From Candidatus Methylomirabilis limnetica (GTDB lineage Bacteria; Methylomirabilota; Methylomirabilia; Methylomirabilales; Methylomirabilaceae), in NCBI RefSeq assembly GCF_003044035.1, contig NZ_NVQC01000024.1:1-32000 (forward strand): a stretch of DNA of 32,000 bases. Reading direction: 5' to 3'. The notes beneath the pieces were generated by a model that saw only the letters and a program-made list of their open reading frames with translations, did no database searches and was not told where the DNA came from. The position numbers and the translations under genes were made by a program. How positions within the stretch are numbered: position 1 is the stretch's first letter; every line of letters starts with the position of its first letter. This document shows positions 17,098 through 25,765 of the stretch, piece by piece.

Positions 17098-18096
17098 CTA
17101 ACTGACGGCGATCCCTTCTATGATATGTTCGATCACCCTGTTCTCGACGCATTCGGCGGCCGCCCGAATTGCATTCGCGATGGCCTTGGCGGTCGAGCGG
17201 CCGTGGCAGATGATAATGACCCCTCTGACCCCCAGTAGTGGCGCGCCGCCGTACTCCGAGTAGTCAACCAGCTTCTTGAAGCGCTTAAATGCGCCTCGAG
17301 CCAATAAGGCGCCGGCCATCCCCGCCAACCCCTTTCCCAGTTCCTCCTTGAGCGAAAGCGTAAAAAACTCCGCAGCCCCTTCAATGATCTTCAAAGCGAT
17401 ATTGCCGGTGAAGCCATCGCAGACGATGACATCGGCTGTCCCCATGAGGACCTCGCGGCCCTCGACGTTCCCGATGAAATTAAGAGACGGCTCCTCTTCG
17501 AGCCCCCTGAAGGCCTCTCGAGTCAGCTCGTTCCCCTTGCTCTCCTCCTCCCCGATGCTCAGGAGGCCGACGGTAGGCGACGGCTTCCCCATGATCTGAC
17601 GCGCATAGACATCACCCATAATAGCAAACTGCAGGAGATGCCGCGCTTTACAATCGGCATTGGCGCCGGCATCCAGCACGAGCGAGCGACCTTTTAACGT
17701 TGGAACGATGATGGCGATGGCAGGACGCTCAACACCAGGAAGCGGACCCAGGGTGACAAGCGCGGTGGCCATCACTGCGCCCGTATTCCCGGCGCTGATA
17801 AAGCCATCGGCCTCGCCATTCTTGACCAGTTCCAGGCCGACCCGAATAGACGACTGCTTCTTCTTTCGTAAGGCAGCAGAAGGGGACTCTTGCATCCCGA
17901 CCGTCTCTGGGGCGTGCCGAATCACAATGCTAAGGCCATTCGTGCGGTACTGCTTCAGTCTCTGGCTAATTTCATCTTCGTTCCCGACCAGTACAACGGT
18001 CAGGTTGCGATCGCGAGCGGCCACTACTGCGCCCTCAACGGTGACGCCGAGCCCTTGATCGGCGCCCATTGCGTCAAGCGCTATACGGGTTCCCAT
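17098..18096 (-). CDS. plsX: phosphate acyltransferase PlsX
   Basis: 332-aa ORF (IALDAMGAD..., GNTGA...). It sits in the canonical rpmF-plsX-fabH position. Confidence 0.93.
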   Translation of the reverse strand: MGTRIALDAMGADQGLGVTVEGAVVAARDRNLTVVLVGNEDEISQRLKQYRTNGLSIVIRHAPETVGMQESPSAALRKKKQSSIRVGLELVKNGEADGFISAGNTGAVMATALVTLGPLPGVERPAIAIIVPTLKGRSLVLDAGANADCKARHLLQFAIMGDVYARQIMGKPSPTVGLLSIGEEESKGNELTREAFRGLEEEPSLNFIGNVEGREVLMGTADVIVCDGFTGNIALKIIEGAAEFFTLSLKEELGKGLAGMAGALLARGAFKRFKKLVDYSEYGGAPLLGVRGVIIICHGRSTAKAIANAIRAAAECVENRVIEHIIEGIAVS

Positions 18097-18125
18097 GCCT
18101 GTGTGTCAATCCGAAGCGGGGAGGA

Positions 18126-18308
18126 CTAGACCTCCTCCCGCTTCACAATCTCCCGGCCTCCATAATAGCCGCAGGAGGAACATACGCGGTGAGGAAGCTT
18201 CTGCTCATGGCAGTTAGAGCACTCAGCGAGACCAGGAATGGTGAGGGCGTGATGGGAGCGCCGTTTTCGTGTCCGGGCATTGCTGTGACGACGTTTCGGA
18301 AGGGGCAT
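18126..18308 (-). CDS. rpmF: 50S ribosomal protein L32
   Basis: 60-aa protein MPLPKRRHSNARTRKRRSH... with a CxxC...CxxC zinc ribbon. The raw ORF extends upstream into yceD and was trimmed. Confidence 0.9.
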   Translation of the reverse strand: MPLPKRRHSNARTRKRRSHHALTIPGLAECSNCHEQKLPHRVCSSCGYYGGREIVKREEV

Positions 18309-18334
18309 CGTTAATCCTCCTGGACTTCTGTCGG

Positions 18335-18853
18335 CTAGAGTAAGTGTTGAAGGGGAAGAAGCCTTGGATCGCCTTCCTGAACCTGGCACTGGCACGAGGT
18401 CTCGTTCAGGTCGATCCCACAATGGGGACAAAGACCACGACATTCAGCCCGGCAAAGGGGCTGAAGCGGCAAGCTCAGCAACACATTCTCGCGTAAAAAT
18501 CTGGACACATCAAGGCGATCCTCTTGCATCACATCAACATCCATCTCGGCAGCGCTGAGTTCGCTCTCCTCTGCGCGAGAGGCTTCACTGGCTCCCGTAA
18601 ACAGAATCGCGAACTGATCAGAAACAGGAACAGAGACCGGCTCAGAGCATCGGCTACACAGCACTACTGCCGTTGTTGTGAATGCTCCGCTCGCAAGGAT
18701 GCCGTTGACCTTTCGCTCCAGATGAAGTGTTGCCTCGATCGGAGCGAGCGAAAGCCACAATCCTTGATCCTCCCCCCAGCAGGGTTCTTCACGAACTTCA
18801 AGATCTAACCCTTCTGGAGGGATCTGTGACCGCTCTACCAGCATTGCAAACAC
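18335..18853 (-). CDS. yceD: YceD/DUF177 family protein
   Basis: 172-aa acidic protein with the C-terminal CRAECRGLCPHCGIDLNETSCQC motif. It lies immediately upstream of rpmF, as is conserved. Confidence 0.75.
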   Translation of the reverse strand: MFAMLVERSQIPPEGLDLEVREEPCWGEDQGLWLSLAPIEATLHLERKVNGILASGAFTTTAVVLCSRCSEPVSVPVSDQFAILFTGASEASRAEESELSAAEMDVDVMQEDRLDVSRFLRENVLLSLPLQPLCRAECRGLCPHCGIDLNETSCQCQVQEGDPRLLPLQHLL

Positions 18854-18921
18854 TCCGTCAAACCCAATCGCATTTTACAAACTGGGCACTTCCAAGTCAA
18901 GGAATTTCCTGAAAGAACGGC

Positions 18922-19075
18922 AACCATTCAGTTACGGGTGGAAAATCTCCCCTAGCCCCTCTTTTCCAAAGAGGGGGACTACCCGTTTCCCCCTTTGAAA
19001 AAGGGGGATTAAGGGGGATTTTATAAAAACATATCACATTTTATTTAATGATTTCCCCACTCTCACTGAATGGTT
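18922..19075. mobile_element. MITE-like element (repeat family B) with 11-bp terminal inverted repeats and flanking 10-bp direct repeats
   Basis: The TIRs are AACCATTCAGT (18922-18932) / ACTGAATGGTT (19065-19075). Direct repeats AAAGAACGGC lie at 18912-18921 and 19078-19087. Internal CCCCTCTTTnnnAAAGAGGGG and CCCCCTTTGAAAAAGGGGG hairpins are homologous, in opposite orientation, to 2421-2475. Confidence 0.65.
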
Positions 19076-19106
19076 ACAAAGAACGGCCGTCTATTCCAGT
19101 TTACGC

Positions 19107-19547
19107 TTAAGATATTTCGCCCCGCCCGACTACGGGAAAGATCCCCAATCGACAGAAAAAGTACGGGATTTCAAGGGCCGCTGATTCGACCGAGTCGGAG
19201 CCATGCACAACGTTCTTCTCAATGCTGGCGGCAAAGCTTCGCCGTAACGTCCCCTCGTCGGCTTTGAGCGGATCAGTGGCGCCCATGAGCGTTCGAACGC
19301 GGCGTATTGCCCCTTCCCCCTCGAGGACCATCGCTACACAAGGGCCGGAGGTCATGAAATGCGTGAGGCTATCGAAGAACGGTTGGTGCCGATGCACCTG
19401 ATAAAATCCCTCAGCCTCTTTCTGCGCCAGCCCCACCATCCTCAGCCCACAGACCACAAGCCCCTCCGCCTCAAACCGCCGGATTACCTCACCGATAAGC
19501 CCCCTGGCCACAGCATCCGGTTTTACAATTACTAAGGTTTGCTCCAT
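19107..19547 (-). CDS. ndk: nucleoside diphosphate kinase
   Basis: 146-aa protein MEQTLVIVKPDAV... with the active-site NVVHGSDS. The raw ORF's upstream 51 codons run through repeat family C and were trimmed. Confidence 0.92.
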   Translation of the reverse strand: MEQTLVIVKPDAVARGLIGEVIRRFEAEGLVVCGLRMVGLAQKEAEGFYQVHRHQPFFDSLTHFMTSGPCVAMVLEGEGAIRRVRTLMGATDPLKADEGTLRRSFAASIEKNVVHGSDSVESAALEIPYFFCRLGIFPVVGRGEIS

Positions 19548-19606
19548 GCTTTCACTCCTTGAGTAAGGGCTGTTAGTGGAGTGCCCCATAAATAGCTTTA
19601 CACATG

Positions 19607-19685
19607 CCGTTCGCCCTGAGCTTGTCGAAGGGTCAACGTTTTCAATGCGTTCAGCCTGTGGTTCGACAAGCTCACCACGAACGGA
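19607..19685. repeat. repeat family C: GC-rich hairpin element, second copy
   Basis: CCGTTCGCCCTGAGCTTGTCGAA (19607-19629) pairs with TTCGACAAGCTCACCACGAACGG (19662-19684) at 20 of 23 positions. Same sequence family and orientation as 3735-3803. Confidence 0.6.
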
Positions 19686-19707
19686 CTGTAACGACTTCAC
19701 TGGGACG

Positions 19708-20589
19708 CTACGCTAGATGTGAACCAAGGGCTTCTTTTACAGCGGCTCCGATCTCCGCCGGGCTTTGTACCACGGCGATGCCGGCGCGCCGCAGGGCAGA
19801 GATTTTCTCTGTTGCCGTTCCTCTCCCGCCGGAGATGATCGCGCCCGCATGGCCCATGCGTCGCTCGGCAGGGGCTGCAAGTCCAGCGATGTACCCGATG
19901 ACTGGCTTGGACATATGACGCTCAACGAATACTGCCGCCTCCTCTTCAGCGGTACCCCCGATCTCGCCGATCATGAGAATTGCCTCAGTCGCCGCATCAT
20001 TTTCAAACAGCGCCAGGCAATCGACGAAGGTGGTGCCGATAATCGGATCCCCACCGATCCCAATACAGGTAGACTGACCAAGGCCCAGATGAGTAAGCTG
20101 ATTGACCGCCTCATAGGTCAGCGTACCGCTCCTTGAAATCACGCCGATCGTACCACGCATGTGGATGTGTCCGGGCATAATTCCAACTTTGGCTTTACCC
20201 GGAGAGATAATCCCAGGGCAGTTCGGGCCAATCAAGCGGGTACCAGACCCACGAAGGACACGGGCCACCCGCACCATATCCAGGATCGGGATCCCCTCTG
20301 TAATGCACACCACCAGCGGGACCGCCGCATCGATCGCCTCTAACATGGCATCGGCGGCAAAGGCGGCCGGGACAAAGATCATGGCAGCGTTGGCGCCCTC
20401 CTTATCCACGGCCTCCCGCACGGAGTCAAAGACAGCAATCCCCTCGTGGCGCACCCCTCCCCTACCTGGGGTGACGCCTGCGACCACGCTGGTCCCGTAG
20501 TCACGGCACGCCAAGGCGTGGAAGCTACCCTCCCTCCCGGTAATACCCTGCACCACCAGGCGCGTGTTACTGTCTACTAGAATGCTCAT
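19708..20589 (-). CDS. sucD: succinyl-CoA synthetase alpha subunit
   Basis: 293-aa ORF with [15 protein letters not shown] and the phosphohistidine loop GHAGAI. Confidence 0.95.
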   Translation of the reverse strand: MSILVDSNTRLVVQGITGREGSFHALACRDYGTSVVAGVTPGRGGVRHEGIAVFDSVREAVDKEGANAAMIFVPAAFAADAMLEAIDAAVPLVVCITEGIPILDMVRVARVLRGSGTRLIGPNCPGIISPGKAKVGIMPGHIHMRGTIGVISRSGTLTYEAVNQLTHLGLGQSTCIGIGGDPIIGTTFVDCLALFENDAATEAILMIGEIGGTAEEEAAVFVERHMSKPVIGYIAGLAAPAERRMGHAGAIISGGRGTATEKISALRRAGIAVVQSPAEIGAAVKEALGSHLA

Positions 20590-20646
20590 TGGTTGTTAGG
20601 AATGTTCAAGGTCCAGGGTTAGAGACAAGGCGCGCAATTTCGATTC

Positions 20647-21861
20647 TTACTCCTCGATCAGGGACGTTGAACGTTGAACCTTGAACATTGAACCTCGCAC
20701 GTTAAACCTTGAACATTGAACAGCCCTATCAGCAGCCTCCTGCATGCCGGGCGCGGTGATGAAATTCAGGCCGGACTCGGCAAGCATGCGCTTGCCTTGG
20801 TCCACATTAGTTCCTTCCATCCGAACGACGATCGGCAATGTTACATGGAGGGAACGAACCGCCTGAATCACTCCCTCCGCCAACCGGTCACACCGGAGGA
20901 TCCCCCCGAAAATATTGATAAGCACCACGTTCACCGACCGATCTGAGATCAGGATGCGAAAGGCGTGTTCGATCTGTTCGGCGCTGGCGCCCCCGCCGAC
21001 GTCCAGAAAGTTGGCCGGCTCACCGCCGATAAGCTTCACAAGATCCATGGTCGCCATGGCCAATCCGGCCCCGTTGACCATGCATCCCACGGTGCCGTCC
21101 AGCTTGATGTAGTTTAGTCCGAACCTCGAGGCCTCAACCTCGAGAGGTAACTCCTCGTCCAGATCGCGGAGCGCCTTCAGATCAGGGTGGCGAAAAAGGG
21201 CATTGTCATCGATAGTTAGCTTGGCATCCAAGGCCAAGAGGCGACCCTCAGCAGTGACCACCAGGGGATTGATCTCAACCAACGAACAATCTTTCTCCTG
21301 ATAGAGTCGGTACAAGGCCGGAAATAGCCGAGCAGCTATACTCTGGACCGGCTGCGGCAGCGCGAATCCCAAGACAAGCCGGCGGATGTGGAAGGGCTGA
21401 AGCTGGGTGGCTGGATCCACGACAACCCTGATGATCCTCTCCGGATAATTCGCCGCCAGCTCTTCAATCTCCACTCCGCCGGTTCCGCTGGCCATGATCA
21501 TGGGCTGTGCCGCCCTGCGATCCAAGGCAATCCCGGCGTAGAGCTCGCGACTGATGGTCACCTGTTCCTCTACCAGGATCCTTTTGACCACTCTCCCTTC
21601 AGGACCAGTTTGATGGGTTATCAGGCGGGAGCCAATGAGCCGCTGCGTCGCGGCCTCTGCCTCATGTGGTGAGGATACCAGCACGACCCCACCAGCCTTG
21701 CCACGTCCGCCTGCGTGAATCTGGGCCTTCAGCACTACGGCGCCGCCAAGCCGCTCGGCAGCACGCCCTGCCTCGACGGACGTCGTGACCACCTCCCCCC
21801 GGGGGACAGGCACTCCGTAGGCTGCAAGGATTGCTTTCGCTTGAAACTCATGGATCTTCAT
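20647..21861 (-). CDS. sucC: succinyl-CoA synthetase beta subunit (ATP-grasp), with repeat-encoded C-terminal extension
   Basis: 404-aa ORF starting MKIHEFQAK..., with an ATP-grasp N-domain and a ligase-CoA C-domain. The last ~24 codons (SRFNVRGSMFKVQRSTSLIEE) are read from or lie just beyond the heptad tract at 20665-20720. Confidence 0.95.
   Translation of the reverse strand: MKIHEFQAKAILAAYGVPVPRGEVVTTSVEAGRAAERLGGAVVLKAQIHAGGRGKAGGVVLVSSPHEAEAATQRLIGSRLITHQTGPEGRVVKRILVEEQVTISRELYAGIALDRRAAQPMIMASGTGGVEIEELAANYPERIIRVVVDPATQLQPFHIRRLVLGFALPQPVQSIAARLFPALYRLYQEKDCSLVEINPLVVTAEGRLLALDAKLTIDDNALFRHPDLKALRDLDEELPLEVEASRFGLNYIKLDGTVGCMVNGAGLAMATMDLVKLIGGEPANFLDVGGGASAEQIEHAFRILISDRSVNVVLINIFGGILRCDRLAEGVIQAVRSLHVTLPIVVRMEGTNVDQGKRMLAESGLNFITAPGMQEAADRAVQCSRFNVRGSMFKVQRSTSLIEE
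20665..20720. repeat. eight tandem heptads (CGTTGAA CGTTGAA CCTTGAA CATTGAA CCTCGCA CGTTAAA CCTTGAA CATTGAA), repeat family E
   Basis: Read directly. An inverted 11-nt partner AATGTTCAAGG lies at 20601-20611, just upstream of the sucD start. Confidence 0.8.
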
Positions 21862-22361
21862 AGCTTACCTTAATGCAAAGGAGCGAGCAGATTGCCCTTG
21901 TAAAGAACGAACTCGTATCACATAGTATCAACATCCTTGTCAAGCCCAAAGGGGTTTTAGTGTTGACACGCTTTCCCATGCCATGATAGAGGATTGGCGT
22001 ATATGTGGACAAGAAAAATAGCAGATGGCGCCAGAGCTTCAATCCGGGGCGCCTGAGGATAATGCGACATGCGAAGGCACGTCCGGCTGGGCGATGGACA
22101 TCGCCTCCACCCATCCATGAGGTTGATCCGTTCGTGGGAGAGCTTTGCCATGGGTACTCGTCTCACGGGCAGGCCGTCCATCTCAGGCATATCCCACCGA
22201 AGTGCGGTTCTGGCAATAAGCCGCTCGATAAGCGGGGCGCGCAACTGACCCTTCAGAGCCTGCTCGGGGAAGCGCCGGCCGATGCCACACACTCGCCATC
22301 TCACCCGTCTTCAACCTCATCATACCCGCAGGTGAAGGAGAGATCGGAGACCGCTGCCGGG

Positions 22362-22925
22362 GTGTCTCATGCTCTCGTCTTTGATCTTGAGACGCAGCGG
22401 AGCGCCGAGGATGTTGGCGGGTGGGAACACCGGCATCGGATGGGCCTCGCCGTTGGCGTCGTCTACGATCTCGATTGCGCCGAGTTTCGCGTGTATACCG
22501 AGCGGCAGGTTGATGCCCTCATCAGCGAGTTGGTCCACGCGCGCCTGATCATCGGGTTCAATCTCCTGCGGTTCGACTACGATGTGCTGCGGCACTATGC
22601 CGATGTCGACTGGAACGCTCTACCCACGCTGGACATCCTCGAGTGCATCCACCGGAGGCTAGGGTTTCGGCTGAAGCTGGACCATCTGGCCCAAGAAACC
22701 CTTGGAGAGGGAAAGTCGGCGGATGGCCTGCAGAGCCTGGCATGGTTTAAGGCGGGAGACATCGATCGAGTCATCGAATACTGCAAACAGGACGTCCTCC
22801 TGACAAAACGGCTCTACGACTTTGGGCGGCAGCACGGGTACCTGCTGTACCGGGACATCCAAGGGCGGGCAGTCCGGCTGCCGGTGAACTTTGATGAAAA
22901 CTTATATGCACGACAGCCCAGCTAG
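22362..22925 (+). CDS. DEDDy-type 3'-5' exonuclease (RNase H-like fold)
   Basis: Motifs FDLET (DxE), GFNLLRFDYDVL and YCKQDV (Yx3D). The GTG start at 22362 is a guess. The raw ORF starts at 22005, but its first 119 codons look non-protein-like. Confidence 0.55.
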   Translation: MSHALVFDLETQRSAEDVGGWEHRHRMGLAVGVVYDLDCAEFRVYTERQVDALISELVHARLIIGFNLLRFDYDVLRHYADVDWNALPTLDILECIHRRLGFRLKLDHLAQETLGEGKSADGLQSLAWFKAGDIDRVIEYCKQDVLLTKRLYDFGRQHGYLLYRDIQGRAVRLPVNFDENLYARQPS

Positions 22926-23007
22926 AGTATAATAAGTTACCTTTGTGATGCGTGCTGTATTGCCGGGAGGGGTCGTGACTCGCAAAACGAGATCACTGGA
23001 GGGTTGA

Positions 23008-23631
23008 ATGGTCGTCTTAGACTACAAGCAGATCACGCGAGCCTACGCCATCTTGTCTCCCATGTACGACCTTCTGTTCCAAAGGATCTTTCACCCGGGA
23101 CGGGTCGCGGCGGTACAGCTTCTTGGGATCAAGCCGAACGATCTGGTGCTCGAAGTGGGGATCGGCACTGGATTGAACCTCCCGCTCTATCCACCAGACT
23201 GTCACCTCGTCGGGATCGACTTCTCCAGGCAGATGTTGAGCAAGGCCAGGGAGAAGGTGAAGGAATATGGCATGGAGAACGTGACCATTAAGGAGATGGA
23301 CGCGTCGAAGCTGGAGTTCCCGGACGCACACTTCGACCATGTGGTCGCCACGTACGTTATCAGCGCGGTCCCGGAACCGGTTCAGGTCCTCCGGGAGATC
23401 AAGCGAGTGTGTAAGAAGAACGGGCACATCGTGATCTTGAACCACTTCAAAAGTGAGCACCCGGTTGTCGGCACCTTGGAGGAGTTCGTAGCCCCCTTGT
23501 GCGCCCGGCTCGGGTTCAAGACCGACCTGAAGCTCATGCCCGTTCTGAAGGAAGCGCAACTTCACCCTGAGCAGTTGCACCGCGTCAACCTCCTGAATGG
23601 ATGGAGTCTCGTTCGCTGTCTTAATGAATGA
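23008..23631 (+). CDS. class I SAM-dependent methyltransferase
   Basis: 207-aa ORF with SAM-binding motif I VLEVGIGTGLNL, the post-I acidic residue GIDFS, and motif II/III spacing typical of UbiE/PmtA-like enzymes. Confidence 0.8.
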   Translation: MVVLDYKQITRAYAILSPMYDLLFQRIFHPGRVAAVQLLGIKPNDLVLEVGIGTGLNLPLYPPDCHLVGIDFSRQMLSKAREKVKEYGMENVTIKEMDASKLEFPDAHFDHVVATYVISAVPEPVQVLREIKRVCKKNGHIVILNHFKSEHPVVGTLEEFVAPLCARLGFKTDLKLMPVLKEAQLHPEQLHRVNLLNGWSLVRCLNE

Positions 23632-24145
23632 TCAGCCACGTTATTCCGCACTACGTCTGGCGATTGCGCTCGCCTCCCTTCTGAGTGCTTTGCTTTTCGC
23701 CCCCTGGACCGCCGCACGAGCCGAAGAGCCCAAGGACTTATACGAAATGGAAGTACTGGGCGTGACCGCCGCTCAAGGAGGCGATCAGATCGCCGTACTC
23801 CTTCGTAGCAAGGTGCTGAGGCGCGAGCTCACACTCTTCGTCGGACCTTTTGAGGCCCAAAGCATCGCTGTTCCTTTACAGCAGATCACACCTCCACGCC
23901 CTTTGACCCACGACCTGATCCTTTCCCTCCTGACGTCCCTTCGCTCTCACCTGCGGAGGATCATTATTAGCGACGTCAAGGAAAATACCTACTATGCCAC
24001 CCTCTACATCGAGGCCGATGGCAAAGAGATTACGGTCGATAGCCGACCCAGTGACGCTATTGCCCTAGCGCTGCGAGCCGGTGTCCCGATCTACGCCAAC
24101 AACAAGGCGCTTAATGGCGCGAACTCCAATCAATTGCCCCGGTGA
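23624..24145 (+). CDS. bifunctional nuclease (DUF151/BFN) domain protein with N-terminal signal-like hydrophobic segment
   Basis: The BFN core reads LFVGPFEAQSIAVPL...RPLTHDL...YYATLYIE...VDSRPSDAIALALRAGVPIY. The N-terminus LRLAIALASLLSALLFAPWTAARA resembles a signal peptide. The start (23624 vs 23597) is uncertain and overlaps the methyltransferase stop. Confidence 0.7.
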   Translation: MNDQPRYSALRLAIALASLLSALLFAPWTAARAEEPKDLYEMEVLGVTAAQGGDQIAVLLRSKVLRRELTLFVGPFEAQSIAVPLQQITPPRPLTHDLILSLLTSLRSHLRRIIISDVKENTYYATLYIEADGKEITVDSRPSDAIALALRAGVPIYANNKALNGANSNQLPR

Positions 24146-25037
24146 TCCTTTCGGCGCGGTGAAACGCATCGATCCCATACTCCGTCAGATCGTCGAAGCG
24201 GTCTCCGAAGACGGGGCGCGGGCACACCTCGAGCGTATTATTGGGCCGAGGGATCCGTTTGACGGGCATGCCAGCATGGAAGCCGCTGCCGACTTTATCG
24301 CGGAGACCCTCAGGGGATTCGGTCTCCATCTCGTAGAAGAGCGATTCAGGTGCGACGGCCGCTGGTATCGGAATCTGATCGCTTCGCATCCGGGATCGTT
24401 TCGCGATGGGCAGGTGCTGGTGGTCGCCCACTACGACACCGTTCGGAATAGCCCTGGCGCCGACGACAATGCAAGTGGCGTGGCCGGACTGATCGAGGTA
24501 GCTGGAGCCCTGGCCCGCCATCGGTTCAAGCACGACCTGATCTTTGTCGCTTTCGCCCTCGAAGAGTATGGAAACCCGGGTAGCCTCCGCTACGTAGAGC
24601 AGGCCAAGGCCTGTGGCGTCGCGATTGCCGGCGTCTTCGACCTGGAGATGATCGGCTACACCGGCCCGGCTCAAACTGCGCCCCCAGGCGTTCAAACGCC
24701 TGCGGCGGGGGATTTCATCGGCGTGGTGGGAAATCGACGATCGGAGGCGCTAGTTTCTCTCTTTAAGGAGACGGCGGCCCTTATTGTTCCATCGCTGCCT
24801 GTACAGGCTTTAGTAGTGGAGGGAAACGGCGAAAACCTCCCGCTAGTACGCCAGAGCGATCATGCGCCATTCTGGGACGCCGGTTACCCGGCTGTGATGA
24901 TCACCGATACCGCCTTCCTGCGCAACCCACATTACCACATGCCTACCGACACCCTCGACACCCTTGATCTTTCCTTCCTCCAACAGGTGGCTGCCGCAAC
25001 TGCAGCGTCGGCTGCTTTGTTGGCCGGCCTCGCTTAA
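24114..25037 (+). CDS. M28 family zinc aminopeptidase
   Basis: Metal ligand motifs VVAHYDTV, GADDNASGVAGLIE, FALEEYG and DHAPFW. Start uncertain (24081, 24114 or the GTG at 24159). Confidence 0.8.
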   Translation: MARTPINCPGDPFGAVKRIDPILRQIVEAVSEDGARAHLERIIGPRDPFDGHASMEAAADFIAETLRGFGLHLVEERFRCDGRWYRNLIASHPGSFRDGQVLVVAHYDTVRNSPGADDNASGVAGLIEVAGALARHRFKHDLIFVAFALEEYGNPGSLRYVEQAKACGVAIAGVFDLEMIGYTGPAQTAPPGVQTPAAGDFIGVVGNRRSEALVSLFKETAALIVPSLPVQALVVEGNGENLPLVRQSDHAPFWDAGYPAVMITDTAFLRNPHYHMPTDTLDTLDLSFLQQVAAATAASAALLAGLA

Positions 25038-25048
25038 GACCAGAACCA

Positions 25049-25282
25049 CTACACAGGTTCGACAACCAAGCTGGTGGTTGTCCGGGTCACCGCCGGCAGC
25101 GCCTGAATATGATTCACCGTATCCCACAGGACGCTGAGATCCGGGGCCTCGATAAAGGCCACAACATCGATGTTGCCGGTAACGATGTGTGCAAGCTTTA
25201 CCATTTGTAGTTCCCCGATCGCATCTGCCACCTCTTGTTCCCTGGCCTTGCTAGTTGTGATGAAGACATAGGCGTGAACCAT
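25049..25282 (-). CDS. stand-alone Lrp/AsnC-type ligand-binding (RAM) domain protein
   Basis: 77-aa ORF MVHAYVFITT...VADAIGELQMVKLAHIVTGNIDVVAFIEAPD, the typical beta-alpha-beta-beta-alpha-beta RAM pattern with no HTH. Confidence 0.6.
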   Translation of the reverse strand: MVHAYVFITTSKAREQEVADAIGELQMVKLAHIVTGNIDVVAFIEAPDLSVLWDTVNHIQALPAVTRTTTSLVVEPV

Positions 25283-25765
25283 CGACTACCCTCCCGTCAG
25301 GCATGCCCTTACCGCTAGCTCCCTCTCCTGGAATAGCGAGCCTCTACTCAATCACATCAGCAGCCAATGAATAGTTCAACATGTTCTCGGGTTAACCAGC
25401 CTGAATCACGATACTAAAGGGTGCTAGATGGTTGCCCGGAACTCCTACAGTCCTACACCTCTTCGACGAGCTGGGCCCCCTTTCAGCGGAAGGCTGTTGC
25501 AGCAAGCACGACTATTAATGATTACCAGTAAACGCGAAGCCTCGCGGAAGCGTCAAATAGACCAGAAAGAGTAGGCGGAGATTGCCACGTCACGTATAGT
25601 GTGGGTATCGCTTGAATGACGCGGCTTCTCCGGGCATTGATCGCGTGGCGCAACGGCGGCTCGAGTAGCAGCGCAGCGAGCCTGCGATACTGCGAATTCT
25701 TGTTTAGCGTATGTTACCATAAAAGTGCTTATACGTAGTTTAACATGTGAGAGGAGGTGGATGAG

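Noticed and set aside
18309-18443. N-terminal 45-codon extension of the rpmF ORF
   Set aside because: L32 is about 60 aa and begins MPLPKRR. The extension overlaps yceD.
19548-19700. N-terminal 51-codon extension of the ndk ORF
   Set aside because: Ndk begins MEQTLVIVKPD. The extension runs through the family C repeat.
19604-19918. 104-aa plus-strand ORF starting MPFALSLSKGQRF…
   Set aside because: The N-terminus is the family C repeat, and the remainder is antisense to sucD.
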